Of a DNA stretch of 64,000 bases, positions 30,360 to 40,032 are shown one piece after another. Position numbers and translations under genes: made by a program. Source of the stretch: an uncultured Alphaproteobacteria bacterium (GTDB taxonomy: Bacteria > Pseudomonadota > Alphaproteobacteria > Rhizobiales > Xanthobacteraceae); contig CAWGFV010000006.1 of the NCBI GenBank assembly GCA_963821975.1, positions 38,392 to 102,391 of the forward strand, written 5' to 3'. Below the pieces are notes generated by a model, which had not been told where the DNA came from, searched no databases, and was given only the letters and a program-made list of their open reading frames with translations. The first letter of the stretch is position 1; each line of letters starts with the position of its first letter.

Positions 30360-30704
30360 CTACCTGCGATTGGCTAGGCCGGCGAGGAATCCGATGCCGG
30401 CGGCGGCTGCCAACATAAGCAGCGGACGTTGTTCGACCTCGTCGGTGAGCTTCTTGAACGCGTCGCTGCCGAAGCGCGTCGCTTCATCGGCCAACGACTT
30501 GCTTGCTTCGGACGCGCTGTCCCGCACGCGGTTCGTGATGCGCGCGAGCGCTTCGCTGACGAAATCGCCGGACGCGCCCGACACCTCGCGGCTTGCGCCG
30601 GCAGTCAGGCGGCGCAGCCGCTTCTCAAGATCGCTGACCAGGTCTTCGATGGCGGCGATTTCTTCGGCGGTGGCGGATTTGGTCGCACGTGTGGTCATCG
30701 TCAA
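30360..30704 (-). CDS. DUF883 (ElaB/YqjD-like) stress protein with C-terminal membrane anchor
   Basis: Helical N-part and C-terminal RPLLMLAAAAGIGFLAGLANRR. Confidence 0.7.
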   Translation of the reverse strand: MTMTTRATKSATAEEIAAIEDLVSDLEKRLRRLTAGASREVSGASGDFVSEALARITNRVRDSASEASKSLADEATRFGSDAFKKLTDEVEQRPLLMLAAAAGIGFLAGLANRR

Positions 30705-30740
30705 TTCCTGCTTTGCTGTTCACGGAACCCACCTATGGCA

Positions 30741-30766
30741 AACGTCGACCCCGCCACGATGGTTAC
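30741..30766 (-). promoter_or_regulatory. candidate EcfG-type promoter upstream of the DUF883 gene (GTAAC-N17-CGTT)
   Basis: Minus strand reads GTAAC catcgtggcggggtcga CGTT, about 37 nt upstream of the ATG at 30704. One mismatch in the -35 element. Confidence 0.3.
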
Positions 30767-31035
30767 AAAACGCCTGCGGCCGGCAAAAATCGTCACTAAA
30801 ACAACTTAGAACAGGCGGCTCTTTATGCGGCGCGAAACCCTTCGAGAAGCTCGGCGTTTACGTATTCTTCCGTCGCCCCAATCTGCTGCGCATACATGGG
30901 GCAAGGGACGAGGTGCGAGGTGGCGTCATTGATTGACAGAGCCGGCGCCGTCTGTGTTCATTATCGCTGCCGATTTCAATCTCACTGGTCTCGACGCTTG
31001 CGACGAGTTGGGACCACCATACCGACGTATACAGA

Positions 31036-32109
31036 TTGACCGACATGGAACAGAAACTGTCGGGGGCGGCGGACACCGAACTGGCCAGGCTGCGCCAGGA
31101 ATGCCAGCAGCTCGAGTCGCAGGTGAGTGCGCAAGGCACGGAACTCAGCCTGCTGCGGGCCCGCTTTGCGCGTTATGAAACGGCGCTGCGCGGCTCACAG
31201 GTCACGGTGTATACCCAGGACCGCGACCTGCGTTACACCTCGATCAGCAATCCCATGCTAGGGCGCGCGATCGACGCCATTCTCGGCCGCACCGATGACG
31301 AGATCTTGCCGCCCGACAGCGGCGCGGCCGTGATCGCGTTGAAACGCGAAGCACTGACGAGCGGCCAGGCGCAACGCGCGGAATTCGTCTTCGAAAACGG
31401 CTCCGGCCTGCGCTGGAATGATCTGCATATAGAACCGCTGCGCAATGAAGCCGGCGACATCGTTGGCTTGACCTGCGCATCGGTGGACGTCACCGAGCGC
31501 AAGGAGGGCGAAGCGCATTTGCGGATGTTGATGCGCGAACTGACCCATCGTTCGAAAAATCTGCTGGCAGTGATACAGGCGATGGCGCGCCAGACAGCGC
31601 GTCACACCGGTTCAGTCGAGGGGTTTCTCAATCAGTTTTCCGCGCGATTGCAGGCCTTGGCCGCCTCGCACGATCTGCTGGTGCGCGAAAGCTGGCACGG
31701 CGCTTCCTTGCGCGAACTCATTCAATCGCAATTGGCCGCTTATATCGGCAGCGGCGAGGGTCAGCTTGCGGTCGAAGGGGAGCCCGTCGCGCTCAAGCCG
31801 GAAGCGGCGCAAAACCTCGGGCTGGCGCTGCACGAACTCGCGGTCAACGCCGCAACATTCGGAGCCCTATCGGTGCCCGGCGGCCGCGTGTCGATCGATT
31901 GGTCGCTGCGCGACAGCGCTATCGATCTGAATTGGCGCGAGCATAACGGTCCGAAGGTGAAGGCGAGACGAAAAAGAGGATTCGGCAGCACGGTGATCGA
32001 GCGCAATCTTGTTCGCGCGCTCGATGCCAAGGTCGACGTGGCGTTTGAGCCAGACGGCTTGCGCTGTCATATTGTGATTCCCGCAAGCCAGATCCTCGCC
32101 GCGCGCTGA
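31036..32109 (+). CDS. PAS-domain HWE/HisKA2-type sensor histidine kinase (candidate PhyR-cascade kinase)
   Basis: Coiled-coil N-terminus, PAS region, H-box LMRELTHRSKNLLAVIQAM, C-terminal ATPase with HELAVNA...GFGSTVIE. ATG at 31045 is the more likely start. Confidence 0.8.
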   Translation: MTDMEQKLSGAADTELARLRQECQQLESQVSAQGTELSLLRARFARYETALRGSQVTVYTQDRDLRYTSISNPMLGRAIDAILGRTDDEILPPDSGAAVIALKREALTSGQAQRAEFVFENGSGLRWNDLHIEPLRNEAGDIVGLTCASVDVTERKEGEAHLRMLMRELTHRSKNLLAVIQAMARQTARHTGSVEGFLNQFSARLQALAASHDLLVRESWHGASLRELIQSQLAAYIGSGEGQLAVEGEPVALKPEAAQNLGLALHELAVNAATFGALSVPGGRVSIDWSLRDSAIDLNWREHNGPKVKARRKRGFGSTVIERNLVRALDAKVDVAFEPDGLRCHIVIPASQILAAR

Positions 32110-32205
32110 ACGCGGACGGAACCATTTTCGCCGTCGGCTATTATCCATCCGTCCCTTGCAAAAAGTCGCCGCTACATAACCCACGAGTTCGAGGGACTCG
32201 GGAGA

Positions 32206-32532
32206 TTGTCGATGCGCGGCCTTGCTTCCTATCTGTTGGCAGGCATCCTGGTGGTGCTAACGATGAATTTTTTCGCGCCGCCGGTGGGTCTCGGCTTCGT
32301 GGTCGGCGCAACGCCCTCGTCGGAACCGAATGCAACAACGCAAGTCGTCGACCGGACCCATAAGGGTGACCGCTTAAGTCTGCCGATGTCTGTCGGCGAG
32401 CAGCCGGCGCCCGAGCCGCCGCTGCCAGTCATGATTGGATGCGATCCACCGTTCAGCCGGTTATTGGCGTCGGCGCGCACCAATGTCTCCGGCCGCTGCG
32501 TTGCGGAAATAGCGCGTCCGCTGACGGGATGA
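32206..32532 (+). CDS. hypothetical exported protein
   Basis: ORF with an N-terminal hydrophobic segment. No family recognised. Confidence 0.3.
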   Translation: MSMRGLASYLLAGILVVLTMNFFAPPVGLGFVVGATPSSEPNATTQVVDRTHKGDRLSLPMSVGEQPAPEPPLPVMIGCDPPFSRLLASARTNVSGRCVAEIARPLTG

Positions 32533-32613
32533 AAATGGCGCCGTCGGACGTATACGGAACCTTTCGCGGCGCGTCACGTTGTTGGACAATCTCAATCACT
32601 ATGGGAGATTGAC

Positions 32614-33099
32614 ATGCACAAGCGTCTCAGCGCTTTCGCCGCCTTGGCGACCGTCGCGGCGTTGGCCGCGCCGACATCGCCGATGGCGCAGGTCCCTGAG
32701 CGGACCAAGGCCGGCACGTTGACCTGCGATATTTCGGCCGGCATCGGCCTGATCATTACGTCGAAAAAGGAACTGACCTGCATGTTCACGCCGTCCCAGC
32801 CGGGTCCGCGTGAGGTCTATACCGGATCGATCACCAAGTTCGGCCTCGATCTCGGCGCGACTGCCGGTGGCGAGATGGTCTGGGCGGTCTATGCGCCGAC
32901 CAATCGTCGCTTCGGCGCGCTGGCCGGACACTACGGCGGCGCCACCGCCGAGGCGACGGTCGGCGCCGGTGTCGGCGCCAACGTCCTGGTCGGCGGTTCG
33001 AACCACACCGTGACCTTGCAGCCGGTCTCGGTGCAGGGGCAGGCCGGCCTCAACGTTGCAGCCGGCGTCGCCGGGATTGATCTGCGGCCAGCGCGGTAA
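32614..33099 (+). CDS. DUF992 family secreted protein
   Basis: Signal peptide, GTLTCDISAGIGLIITSKKELTCMF, Gly/Ala-rich C-terminal part. Confidence 0.7.
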   Translation: MHKRLSAFAALATVAALAAPTSPMAQVPERTKAGTLTCDISAGIGLIITSKKELTCMFTPSQPGPREVYTGSITKFGLDLGATAGGEMVWAVYAPTNRRFGALAGHYGGATAEATVGAGVGANVLVGGSNHTVTLQPVSVQGQAGLNVAAGVAGIDLRPAR

Positions 33100-33137
33100 G
33101 CACGTCGTCTGCGTCAATACCGAACGTTAAAGACAAA

Positions 33138-33170
33138 AGCGGCCGTCCTCACGGGCGGCCGCTATTATTT
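33138..33170. terminator. bidirectional rho-independent terminator
   Basis: AGCGGCCGTCC tcac GGGCGGCCGCT (11-bp stem with one G-U pair), flanked by an A-run upstream and ATTATTTA downstream. Lies between convergent genes. Confidence 0.6.
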
Positions 33171-33178
33171 ATGCTCCG

Positions 33179-34198
33179 TCAGCCGAAGGTGAAAGCGTCG
33201 TGATACGCGCCCTGCATCTGGCCGCCGGGCACGGGGCCGCCGCCCGGCACGTGCACCATGTTGCCGATCACCGCGCAGGTCGCGCCATGCAGGCCGTGGC
33301 GCGGGATCGCCATCGGCGTGCCGGCTTCCCAGGTATCGGTCTTCGGGTCGTAGATTTCATTGGTGCCGAACACCTTGCCGGTCGCTTCGCCGCCGAACAC
33401 CACGATCTTGCCGTCGATATAGACGCAAGACGGCCCCGAGCGCGGCGTCGGCAGCGGCGCGCGGAAGGACCATGCGTCGGTTTTCGGATCGTAGACGGCG
33501 TTCAAGCCGGTGTTGAAGTCGTAAGAGTCCATGCGCCCCGCGATGGCGTGGATCTTTCCATCGACCACCGCGACGCCCATGTGGTCGCGCTGGCCGACGA
33601 AAGGCTGCGTCCCGGTCGAGCCGCGCATGCTGGCGCGGTCGGAATATTTGTCGGTCGCCGGATCGTAGACTTCGTGCCATTCGACCGAGCGCACGTCGCG
33701 CCCGCCGAGCAGATGGATCTTGCCGTCGAGCACAATGGCCGAGATCGCGCCACGTGGGCGCGAGATCGGCGCGATCGAGGCCCACTGGTCGGTCGCGGTG
33801 TCATAGACGAAGCACTTGGAATGCGGGCAGCGGTTCTGCTCGACGAAGCCGCCGAAGGTGTAGACCTTGGTGCCGATCGACACGCCCGCCACGTGATTGC
33901 ACGGGTGCGGGAAGGGCGCCTTTAGCGACCAAGTGCCGGCTTTCGGGTCGAACACCTGGTGGAACGGCTGATCGACGCGGTGCTTGGCATAGCCGGCGAT
34001 GGAATGGATTTTGCCGCCGCATTCGATCACGGCGTGCTCGCCGGTGGGGATCGGCATGCGCGGCTGCTTGACCCATTTGCCGGGATTGGCGGCCTTGGGC
34101 GCGACGCTGGTCATGAAGCGCTGCTTCTCGACCGTCTTGGGGATATCGGTGACGGTCTTGTCGTTCAGACCGAGAAAGAGCGGGAGTTCTTCTGCCAT
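33179..34198 (-). CDS. Kelch-repeat beta-propeller protein (no signal peptide)
   Basis: Recurrent blades GGKIHSIAGY, GTKVYTFGG, DGKIHLLGG, DGKIHAIAG, DGKIVVFGG and GNMVHVPGG, with YDP.TD.W spacers. ATG at 34198. Confidence 0.7.
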   Translation of the reverse strand: MAEELPLFLGLNDKTVTDIPKTVEKQRFMTSVAPKAANPGKWVKQPRMPIPTGEHAVIECGGKIHSIAGYAKHRVDQPFHQVFDPKAGTWSLKAPFPHPCNHVAGVSIGTKVYTFGGFVEQNRCPHSKCFVYDTATDQWASIAPISRPRGAISAIVLDGKIHLLGGRDVRSVEWHEVYDPATDKYSDRASMRGSTGTQPFVGQRDHMGVAVVDGKIHAIAGRMDSYDFNTGLNAVYDPKTDAWSFRAPLPTPRSGPSCVYIDGKIVVFGGEATGKVFGTNEIYDPKTDTWEAGTPMAIPRHGLHGATCAVIGNMVHVPGGGPVPGGQMQGAYHDAFTFG

Positions 34199-34206
34199 AG
34201 TGGACC

Positions 34207-35046
34207 TCAACTGACGTAAGTGGGGACGGCGTCCCGCAATAATTTCTTGGTGAGCTCGACGCCCTCGCGCGCGACGTCGTAAGGCGAGCGAGCCCATTGC
34301 TCGGGGTTCGGCGCTTCATAGCTCAGATAGCCGGTGTAGCCCTTTTCCGCCAACAGGCCGAGCATCTCGCGCCATTTGACCACGCCCTTGCCGGGCGGCA
34401 GCCGGTCGGTCGGCCGTTTGACGCCGGTGACCGGCGTGGGCGACAGGTCGGAATACTGGAAGCAATAGATCTTGTCGGCCGACACGCTCTCGAAGCCGCG
34501 GCCGCCGGCGCCGCTGCGGGTGAAGTGATAGGCGTCGATCAGATAGCCGCAGTTCGGCTTCTTAGCGCCTTCGATCAGTTCGGTCAGCACGCCTAGGGTA
34601 TTGAGCACGTCGTGCTGCGAATTGAATTCGATCGCCAGCTTCAATTTGTATTCGGCGGCGATGTCGCCGGCATCCTTGAGAAACTTGATCGCGTCCTTAA
34701 TCGGCCCTTGCACCTGGCCGGGCGCGCTCATCAGCGTGTCACAGCCGAGCGCCACCGCGTTCTCACAGCTCTCACGGAACACCTTGAACAGTCTCGTACT
34801 CTCCTCGCCGGTGGCGAACAGCCAACCGTATTCGACGCCGAGCACGCCGACCGGGATGCCGGCCTTCTTGATCAGGTCGAGGACTTGAGCATTCGACATG
34901 CCGGCGTCGAAGCAGCGCTTGAAATCGGTGCGGCGCAATTCGACCGCGTCAAAACCGCCCTGTTTCGCCGCGTCGAGCGCGGTGGCGAGCGGTGTGGTGT
35001 CGATGGTCCACATATGCAGAGCGAGGCGCCCGAACTTGTCCGTCAT
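34207..35046 (-). CDS. sugar phosphate isomerase/epimerase (xylose isomerase-like TIM barrel)
   Basis: 279 aa with GFDAVELR, KLAIEFNSQH, IDAYHF and a typical AP-endonuclease-2/TIM-barrel pattern. Confidence 0.8.
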   Translation of the reverse strand: MTDKFGRLALHMWTIDTTPLATALDAAKQGGFDAVELRRTDFKRCFDAGMSNAQVLDLIKKAGIPVGVLGVEYGWLFATGEESTRLFKVFRESCENAVALGCDTLMSAPGQVQGPIKDAIKFLKDAGDIAAEYKLKLAIEFNSQHDVLNTLGVLTELIEGAKKPNCGYLIDAYHFTRSGAGGRGFESVSADKIYCFQYSDLSPTPVTGVKRPTDRLPPGKGVVKWREMLGLLAEKGYTGYLSYEAPNPEQWARSPYDVAREGVELTKKLLRDAVPTYVS

Positions 35047-35052
35047 GCGTCG

Positions 35053-36286
35053 TCACTTTCCTTCGTATTGCAGAATATAAAGCCCCGCGTTGGTGTCGGT
35101 GAGATACATCAGCCCGTTTTTGTCGACAAAAACGTCGCAGGACTGGATCACCTTGGCGGGGTTCGGCCGCTGATCGACAATGCGCTCCGGCAGCGGTGGC
35201 ACGAAATAGGCGATCTCTTTCGGCTCAAAGGCGTTGCGGATGTCGTACACGCGCAGGCCGGCATTGTGATAGGTGGCGAAGACCGTGTCTTCCGTTTGTA
35301 GCGCGCCGGGCCGGTTCTCATGCAGATTGTGCGGCCCGAATTTGGCGCCCTTGGCGCAGAAATCCTCTTCCGTCGGGGTCGGCAGAGTGGCGATCGACAC
35401 CGGATTTGCCGGCTCGCGCACGTCGATGACCCAGGTGTAGGCGAGGCCATTGGCGCAATTGGCCGCGGTCGCTTCGTCGGCGAGCACCATGAGCTTGCGT
35501 CCGGGCAAGGGCAGGGGCGTGTGCGCGCCGCCGCCGAAGGGCGGGGCGTAATTGTGGTGGCTCAGCAGCTTCGGATTGGCCGGATCGCTCAGGTCGTGAA
35601 TGGTGAAGCCGCCGTCGCGCCAGGCGGCATAGCCGACGTTCCCCGCGCTGATGAGGTGATGCAGCGCGGTGCGCTTGCCGAACGAGGCGGGCGGCGTTTC
35701 GCCGTCGGCGCGATGCATGCCGGGCAGCCACCAACGGCCGGCGAGCGACGGCTTGGTCGGATCGCTCACGTCGACCACCGCCAGCACGTGATCGATGAAG
35801 CCCTCGAAATGCACCGACACATAGGCGTAGCGGCCACCGACCCACCAGATGCGATGGGCGCCGAGCCCTGCGGTATTGAGGAAACCGATCTCGCGCGGGC
35901 TCGCCGGCTGTGAGGCGTCGAAGACGCGGATGCCGGCGCCGAACGGCTGCTCGGTTTGCACCGAGTTCGACTAGCGACTTGCCGTAGTAGTCGGCCTGGC
36001 TGGCATATTGCTGCATCGCCCAAATATTGGGCCCGTTCACCGCGAGCAGGATATCGCCGTGAATTTGCAGGTGATGCGACCGGGTGTTCTTCGGCGCGGC
36101 AATGAAATTGGCCGTCTTGGGATGCAGCGGATCGCGCACGTCGACGACCGAATAGCCGTCGCTGAACATGTGGCCGATGAAGGCGTGACCCTTGTGCAGA
36201 ATCACCTGCACGCCGTCCGGCCGCCCGCCCTGATCGCAGCGCGACACGAAACGGATGTTCTTGGCGGACGCGCCGGGAGGGATCAT
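35053..36286 (-). pseudogene. LVIVD-repeat beta-propeller protein, split by a 1-nt frameshift
   Basis: N-part frame (36286 down to about 35965: ...GYSVVDVRD...QQYASQADYYGKSLVE). C-part frame (35961-35053: VQTEQPFGAGIRVFDASQP...VLAVVDVSD...GFTIHDLSD...GLRVYDIRN). The same family continues across the shift. Confidence 0.6.
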
Positions 36287-36378
36287 GGCCGTGAGACTAT
36301 CAAATTGCCGGTCTGAATGGGCGAGGCCCGGTCCGGCAGTACGCCGAACCGGGCCCCTTTAGCTTTGCGCCGCGCGCA

Positions 36379-37728
36379 CTAGCCGGTCGGCGGGGCTATT
36401 TCGTCGAGGCCCTTTTGTTTCGCCTCTGGCCCGAGCTGCGTCACCGAAGCGGCCGCGATCACCAGCGCGATGGCAAGACACACGAACACCGTGGTGAGCC
36501 CATAGCCGTTCTGGATCCACAGAATGGTCGGGATGATGAACGCCGTCGCCAGCCGCCCGACACCCGCGGCCCAGCCAAAGCCGGACGCGCGCGCGTTGGT
36601 CGGGAAGACCTCCGAGGCGAAGATCTGCATCGAATTGCCGGCGACCTGCACGAAGAAGATCATGATGAAGCCGGCAACGATCAGCTGGGTCGCGGTGCCG
36701 GCATTGGCGAACACGATCGCCATCAGGCCGGCGCAGACGAAGGCGCAGATCGAGGTGATCTTGCGGCCGTATTTGTCCAGCGCGTACATCATGAACAGGC
36801 TGGCGCAGGGCACGGCGAAGTTCATGGCCAGCGTGTATTGCAGCGACTTGGTGATGCTGAATCCCTTGGCGCCCATCATGTTCGGCAACCAGGCGCCGAG
36901 GCCGATGGCGACGCCGAAGAACGCCGTGAAGCAGATCATGCCGGCGATGACGCGGACTGGGAACTGACTGAAGACGACACCAAAGGGATCGCTTTTGGTG
37001 TTGCTGGCAGCGTCGGTCGTGAGCGGCTGCGTCGGTCCAGCAATGCCGAGCCGCGCCAGCACATCGAGCGCTTCCTTGCCGCGGCCGTGCGTCGCCAGAT
37101 AGCGCGGCGATTCCGGCAAAGCGAAGCGCAACACCCAGACGATCAGCGCGCCAATGCCGATGATCAGCCAGACGGTTCGCCATGCGAGTTCAGGCGAAGT
37201 GACTTTGGTGCCGATGAGAAGCACCAACGCCGTTCCGATCGGCCACACACAGGCTCCGCCGATGAAATGAACGATCGCCAGGATGCGACCCCGGATGCGC
37301 TTGGGCGAATACTCGCCGGCATATGCGAAAGCGAGCGGCTGCTCGGCGCCGAGGCCGATTCCCGCGACGAAACGCGCGGCGATGAGCCAGGCAACGGTCG
37401 GAGCAAAGGCACCCAGAATCGTGAAGATGCCGAACAGGAGCAGGTTGAACTGATAGATGAATCTTCGGCCGAACCGGTCGCTAAATTCACCTTGGCCGGC
37501 TGTGCCTATGAACATTCCGAAAATGGTGGCGCTGCCGATTGCCGCGACTTCGGGTCCCGTCGCGAACTTGGACTGAAGCAAGTACGGAACGAGCGACCCG
37601 AAGACGGTAAAATCGATGACGTCGAAGAAATATCCTGCGGCTATCAGCGCGATAACTCTTCGATGCAGCGGCGTTATTTTCGCATCATCCAGCGCGGTGC
37701 CGACGAATCCCTCGATTGTTTGAGCCAC
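36379..37728 (-). CDS. MFS transporter (sugar-porter/MHS-like)
   Basis: 449 aa, 12 TM, with FSDRFGRRFIYQ and PESPRYL-type motifs. Confidence 0.85.
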   Translation of the reverse strand: MAQTIEGFVGTALDDAKITPLHRRVIALIAAGYFFDVIDFTVFGSLVPYLLQSKFATGPEVAAIGSATIFGMFIGTAGQGEFSDRFGRRFIYQFNLLLFGIFTILGAFAPTVAWLIAARFVAGIGLGAEQPLAFAYAGEYSPKRIRGRILAIVHFIGGACVWPIGTALVLLIGTKVTSPELAWRTVWLIIGIGALIVWVLRFALPESPRYLATHGRGKEALDVLARLGIAGPTQPLTTDAASNTKSDPFGVVFSQFPVRVIAGMICFTAFFGVAIGLGAWLPNMMGAKGFSITKSLQYTLAMNFAVPCASLFMMYALDKYGRKITSICAFVCAGLMAIVFANAGTATQLIVAGFIMIFFVQVAGNSMQIFASEVFPTNARASGFGWAAGVGRLATAFIIPTILWIQNGYGLTTVFVCLAIALVIAAASVTQLGPEAKQKGLDEIAPPTG

Positions 37729-38477
37729 GGCGTACTCCCCCTATCGCGTTTATAATTCGTGCTTATGAGACACCCTGGGAGCATGATATACTATTCTACC
37801 GTTGCCTAGCCCTGTCTCGCCGCGGCACAACAATCGATGTTGATGGCCCCCGCCGCGATTTCGATTTGTGAAAACCGGGAGGTCCGGGCCAGGGCGGCGT
37901 GTGCGCGCGGTGTTTCGAGCAGGACGGGCGAACGTGGTGGCCAATACAGGCTGGTCCGATGGTGGCGCTGGGCGGCTCATTCCGCGAATGCCGTGTGCAG
38001 CGCAGCGGCCGGTATCTCCCGTTGTCGACGAGCAACACGGCGGGCACGGCGTCAGCTCGCCGCGCCGTGCGTAATAGGACGATATTCATCTGTCGAATTG
38101 CCGGAAGAATTCCGGCAAAAAAATCCTGCCGCGGGCGCGTCGCAAGACGCTTTTCACTTCGATATTTATTTGCCAACAAATATTCCAGCCGCGCGATGTG
38201 TTCAAAACGGAACAGACTCTCGGTCGATCGGGTTGATAGTTAGGTTTTCCACATCCCGGCACTCGATTTTTTTCTGAAAATCGGGCTAATGTTCTCCAGT
38301 AAAATTGCAATGTTCATAAAATCGCTATCCACATTTGCCTGATTTGCAACTTTGCCAAGACCAGGATAGTTGAACCCAAGACAGTAGAGGAGAAATTACT
38401 ACTGAGCGCGGGGCGGGGTGGGGGATGGTCATGGTGTCATTTGCAGGGTTTGGACTCATGACGGGATACGTTGAGCC

Positions 38478-39152
38478 GTGACGGAAGGTAAAAAGAACGA
38501 GCCGTTTGATTATCGTGCCTTCGTTGCCAAGCATGGTGGAGGCACGGTCTCAAAGTACGCCGACAAACATGCGGTCTATGCGCAGGGCGACACGGCCGAC
38601 GCCCTTTTTTATATTGTTAGCGGCGCGGTCAAAATCACAATCTTATCCGAATACGGCAAGGAAGCCGTCATCGGAATTCTCGGCCCGGGCGATTTTTTTG
38701 GCGAGGGCTGTCTGGATGGGCAGCTCGCGCGAAATTCGACAATCGCGGCCACGGCTGACAGCGAGATTGTCCGCCTCGACCGCCCGGTCGTCATGGCCGC
38801 TCTCAGAGACGATCCGGCCTTTGCACAAAGTTTCATGCACTTTGTCCTGGACCGGAATCAAAAACTGCAGGCGGACTTGATCGACCAGCTGTTCAATTCG
38901 AGCGAGAAGCGTCTGGCGCGAATTCTTCTGACGCTGGCGAATACCGGACTGGGAATGCAGTCCAATACCATCACGATGGCGATCAATCAGGAAATGCTGG
39001 CGACCATGGTCGGTACCACGCGCTCGCGCATCAATCAGTTTATGAACAAGTTCCGCAAACTGGGCTACATCGACTATAACGGCCACATCGAAGTGAATAA
39101 TTCACTGTTGAATTTGATCCTGCACGACCAGCAGCAAAATGATCGCGCATAG
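38478..39152 (+). CDS. Crp/Fnr family transcriptional regulator
   Basis: cNMP-binding fold (LFYIVSGAVKITILSEYGKEAVIGILGPGDFFGE) plus C-terminal HTH (QEMLATMVGTTRSRINQFMNKFRKLG). GTG start. Confidence 0.8.
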   Translation: MTEGKKNEPFDYRAFVAKHGGGTVSKYADKHAVYAQGDTADALFYIVSGAVKITILSEYGKEAVIGILGPGDFFGEGCLDGQLARNSTIAATADSEIVRLDRPVVMAALRDDPAFAQSFMHFVLDRNQKLQADLIDQLFNSSEKRLARILLTLANTGLGMQSNTITMAINQEMLATMVGTTRSRINQFMNKFRKLGYIDYNGHIEVNNSLLNLILHDQQQNDRA

Positions 39153-39313
39153 CGGCGCGCAGCGTCTGAACTATCGTTGTGCACCTCCGCGCCGGGTGTC
39201 ATTTGTGGATTGGCTGCCCTTCCTGGATACATATCGAACCATGTGCCGAGCTCCCGAGCCCGCTTTTCGGCAGATTTTAGAGGATGTGCGGGAGTTACGC
39301 TTCGCCGCCTGAG

Positions 39314-39586
39314 GGTCTTTTTCTGCCGAACGGTCGCCCGATCGGCGGAATAGCCATTCGGAGCAACGTCCTCGACCTTGAGGGCGACGACATCGCAACC
39401 TCGCAACTTGCTGTCGATGGCCAGATTGAACATGGCCAGATCCCGCGTTCGCTGATCGATCTGGAGCTTGGTCCGGATAGCCCAAACGTACTTTTGCCGT
39501 AACGGTGGCTTGGCGCCTGTCAGTTTCGCTTTGTTCCAAGGTGTCCGCTTGGGTGCTGGCAGCTCGGTATTGGCAATGTCTTGCAT
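39314..39586 (-). pseudogene. N-terminal remnant of a short tyrosine recombinase/integrase
   Basis: KPPLRQKYVWAIRTKLQIDQRTRDLAMFNLAIDSKLRGCDVVALKVEDVAPNGYSADRATVRQKKT, after which family-like sequence is lost. The catalytic C-terminal half is absent. Confidence 0.6.
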
Positions 39587-39650
39587 GGTCGCACTCCTCG
39601 GTTACAGAGGAGGGCCAGCTTGCCTTGGCACTGGAATAGCGGACAGGCGC

Positions 39651-39884
39651 TTATGGCGCTGGTCGTGTGAACATCGCGTGAAATAACGCCTCCGCCCGCC
39701 GAACGCCCTCATCGCTCAGAACCACAGACTTGGCCTTGTTTGCCGGGTCCGCGATCAATCCCTTTTTATGCAGCCGGTCCAGAGCACTCCAATCGAAGCC
39801 CTTCCAGGCACGCCTCTCGCCATGCAGTGTTAGCCACAAAAGTCCCAGGACGGTGTCGTCGATCTTATCGAGGTCGATCTCCAT
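39651..39884 (-). CDS. DUF6429 family protein
   Basis: MEIDLDKIDDTVLGLLWLTLHGERRAWKGFDWSALDRLHKKGLIADPANKAKSVVLSDEG. Confidence 0.65.
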   Translation of the reverse strand: MEIDLDKIDDTVLGLLWLTLHGERRAWKGFDWSALDRLHKKGLIADPANKAKSVVLSDEGVRRAEALFHAMFTRPAP

Positions 39885-39937
39885 GCTGCCAGTTTATCAT
39901 ATAGAAACGCTACTGCCGCGGCCCAGGCCGGGCGGCT

Positions 39938-40032
39938 AAGTTCGCTGCGCCACAAAATTCGGTCGCTAACGGAGCAAAGCGGACAAAGGTCAGTTTTGGC
40001 CCGCGCCAGCTATGACGCGATTGACCCTGGCT
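39938..40032 (+). repeat. REP/MITE-like dispersed repeat, copy G (interrupted by IS1182)
   Basis: TTCGCTGCGCCACAAAATTCGGTCGCTAACGGAGCAAAGCGGACAAAGG...GCGATTGACCC aligns with the other copies. The IS1182 left IR begins at the next base. Confidence 0.55.

Noticed and set aside
38098-38125. Perfect 9-bp hairpin TTGCCGGAA-gaa-TTCCGGCAA in the 750-bp MFS/crp intergenic region, considered as an sRNA terminator.
   Set aside because: The hairpin is followed by an A-run on the plus strand. On the minus strand the T-run precedes the stem. Neither orientation has the U-tail of an intrinsic terminator, and no promoter or ORF context supports an RNA gene.
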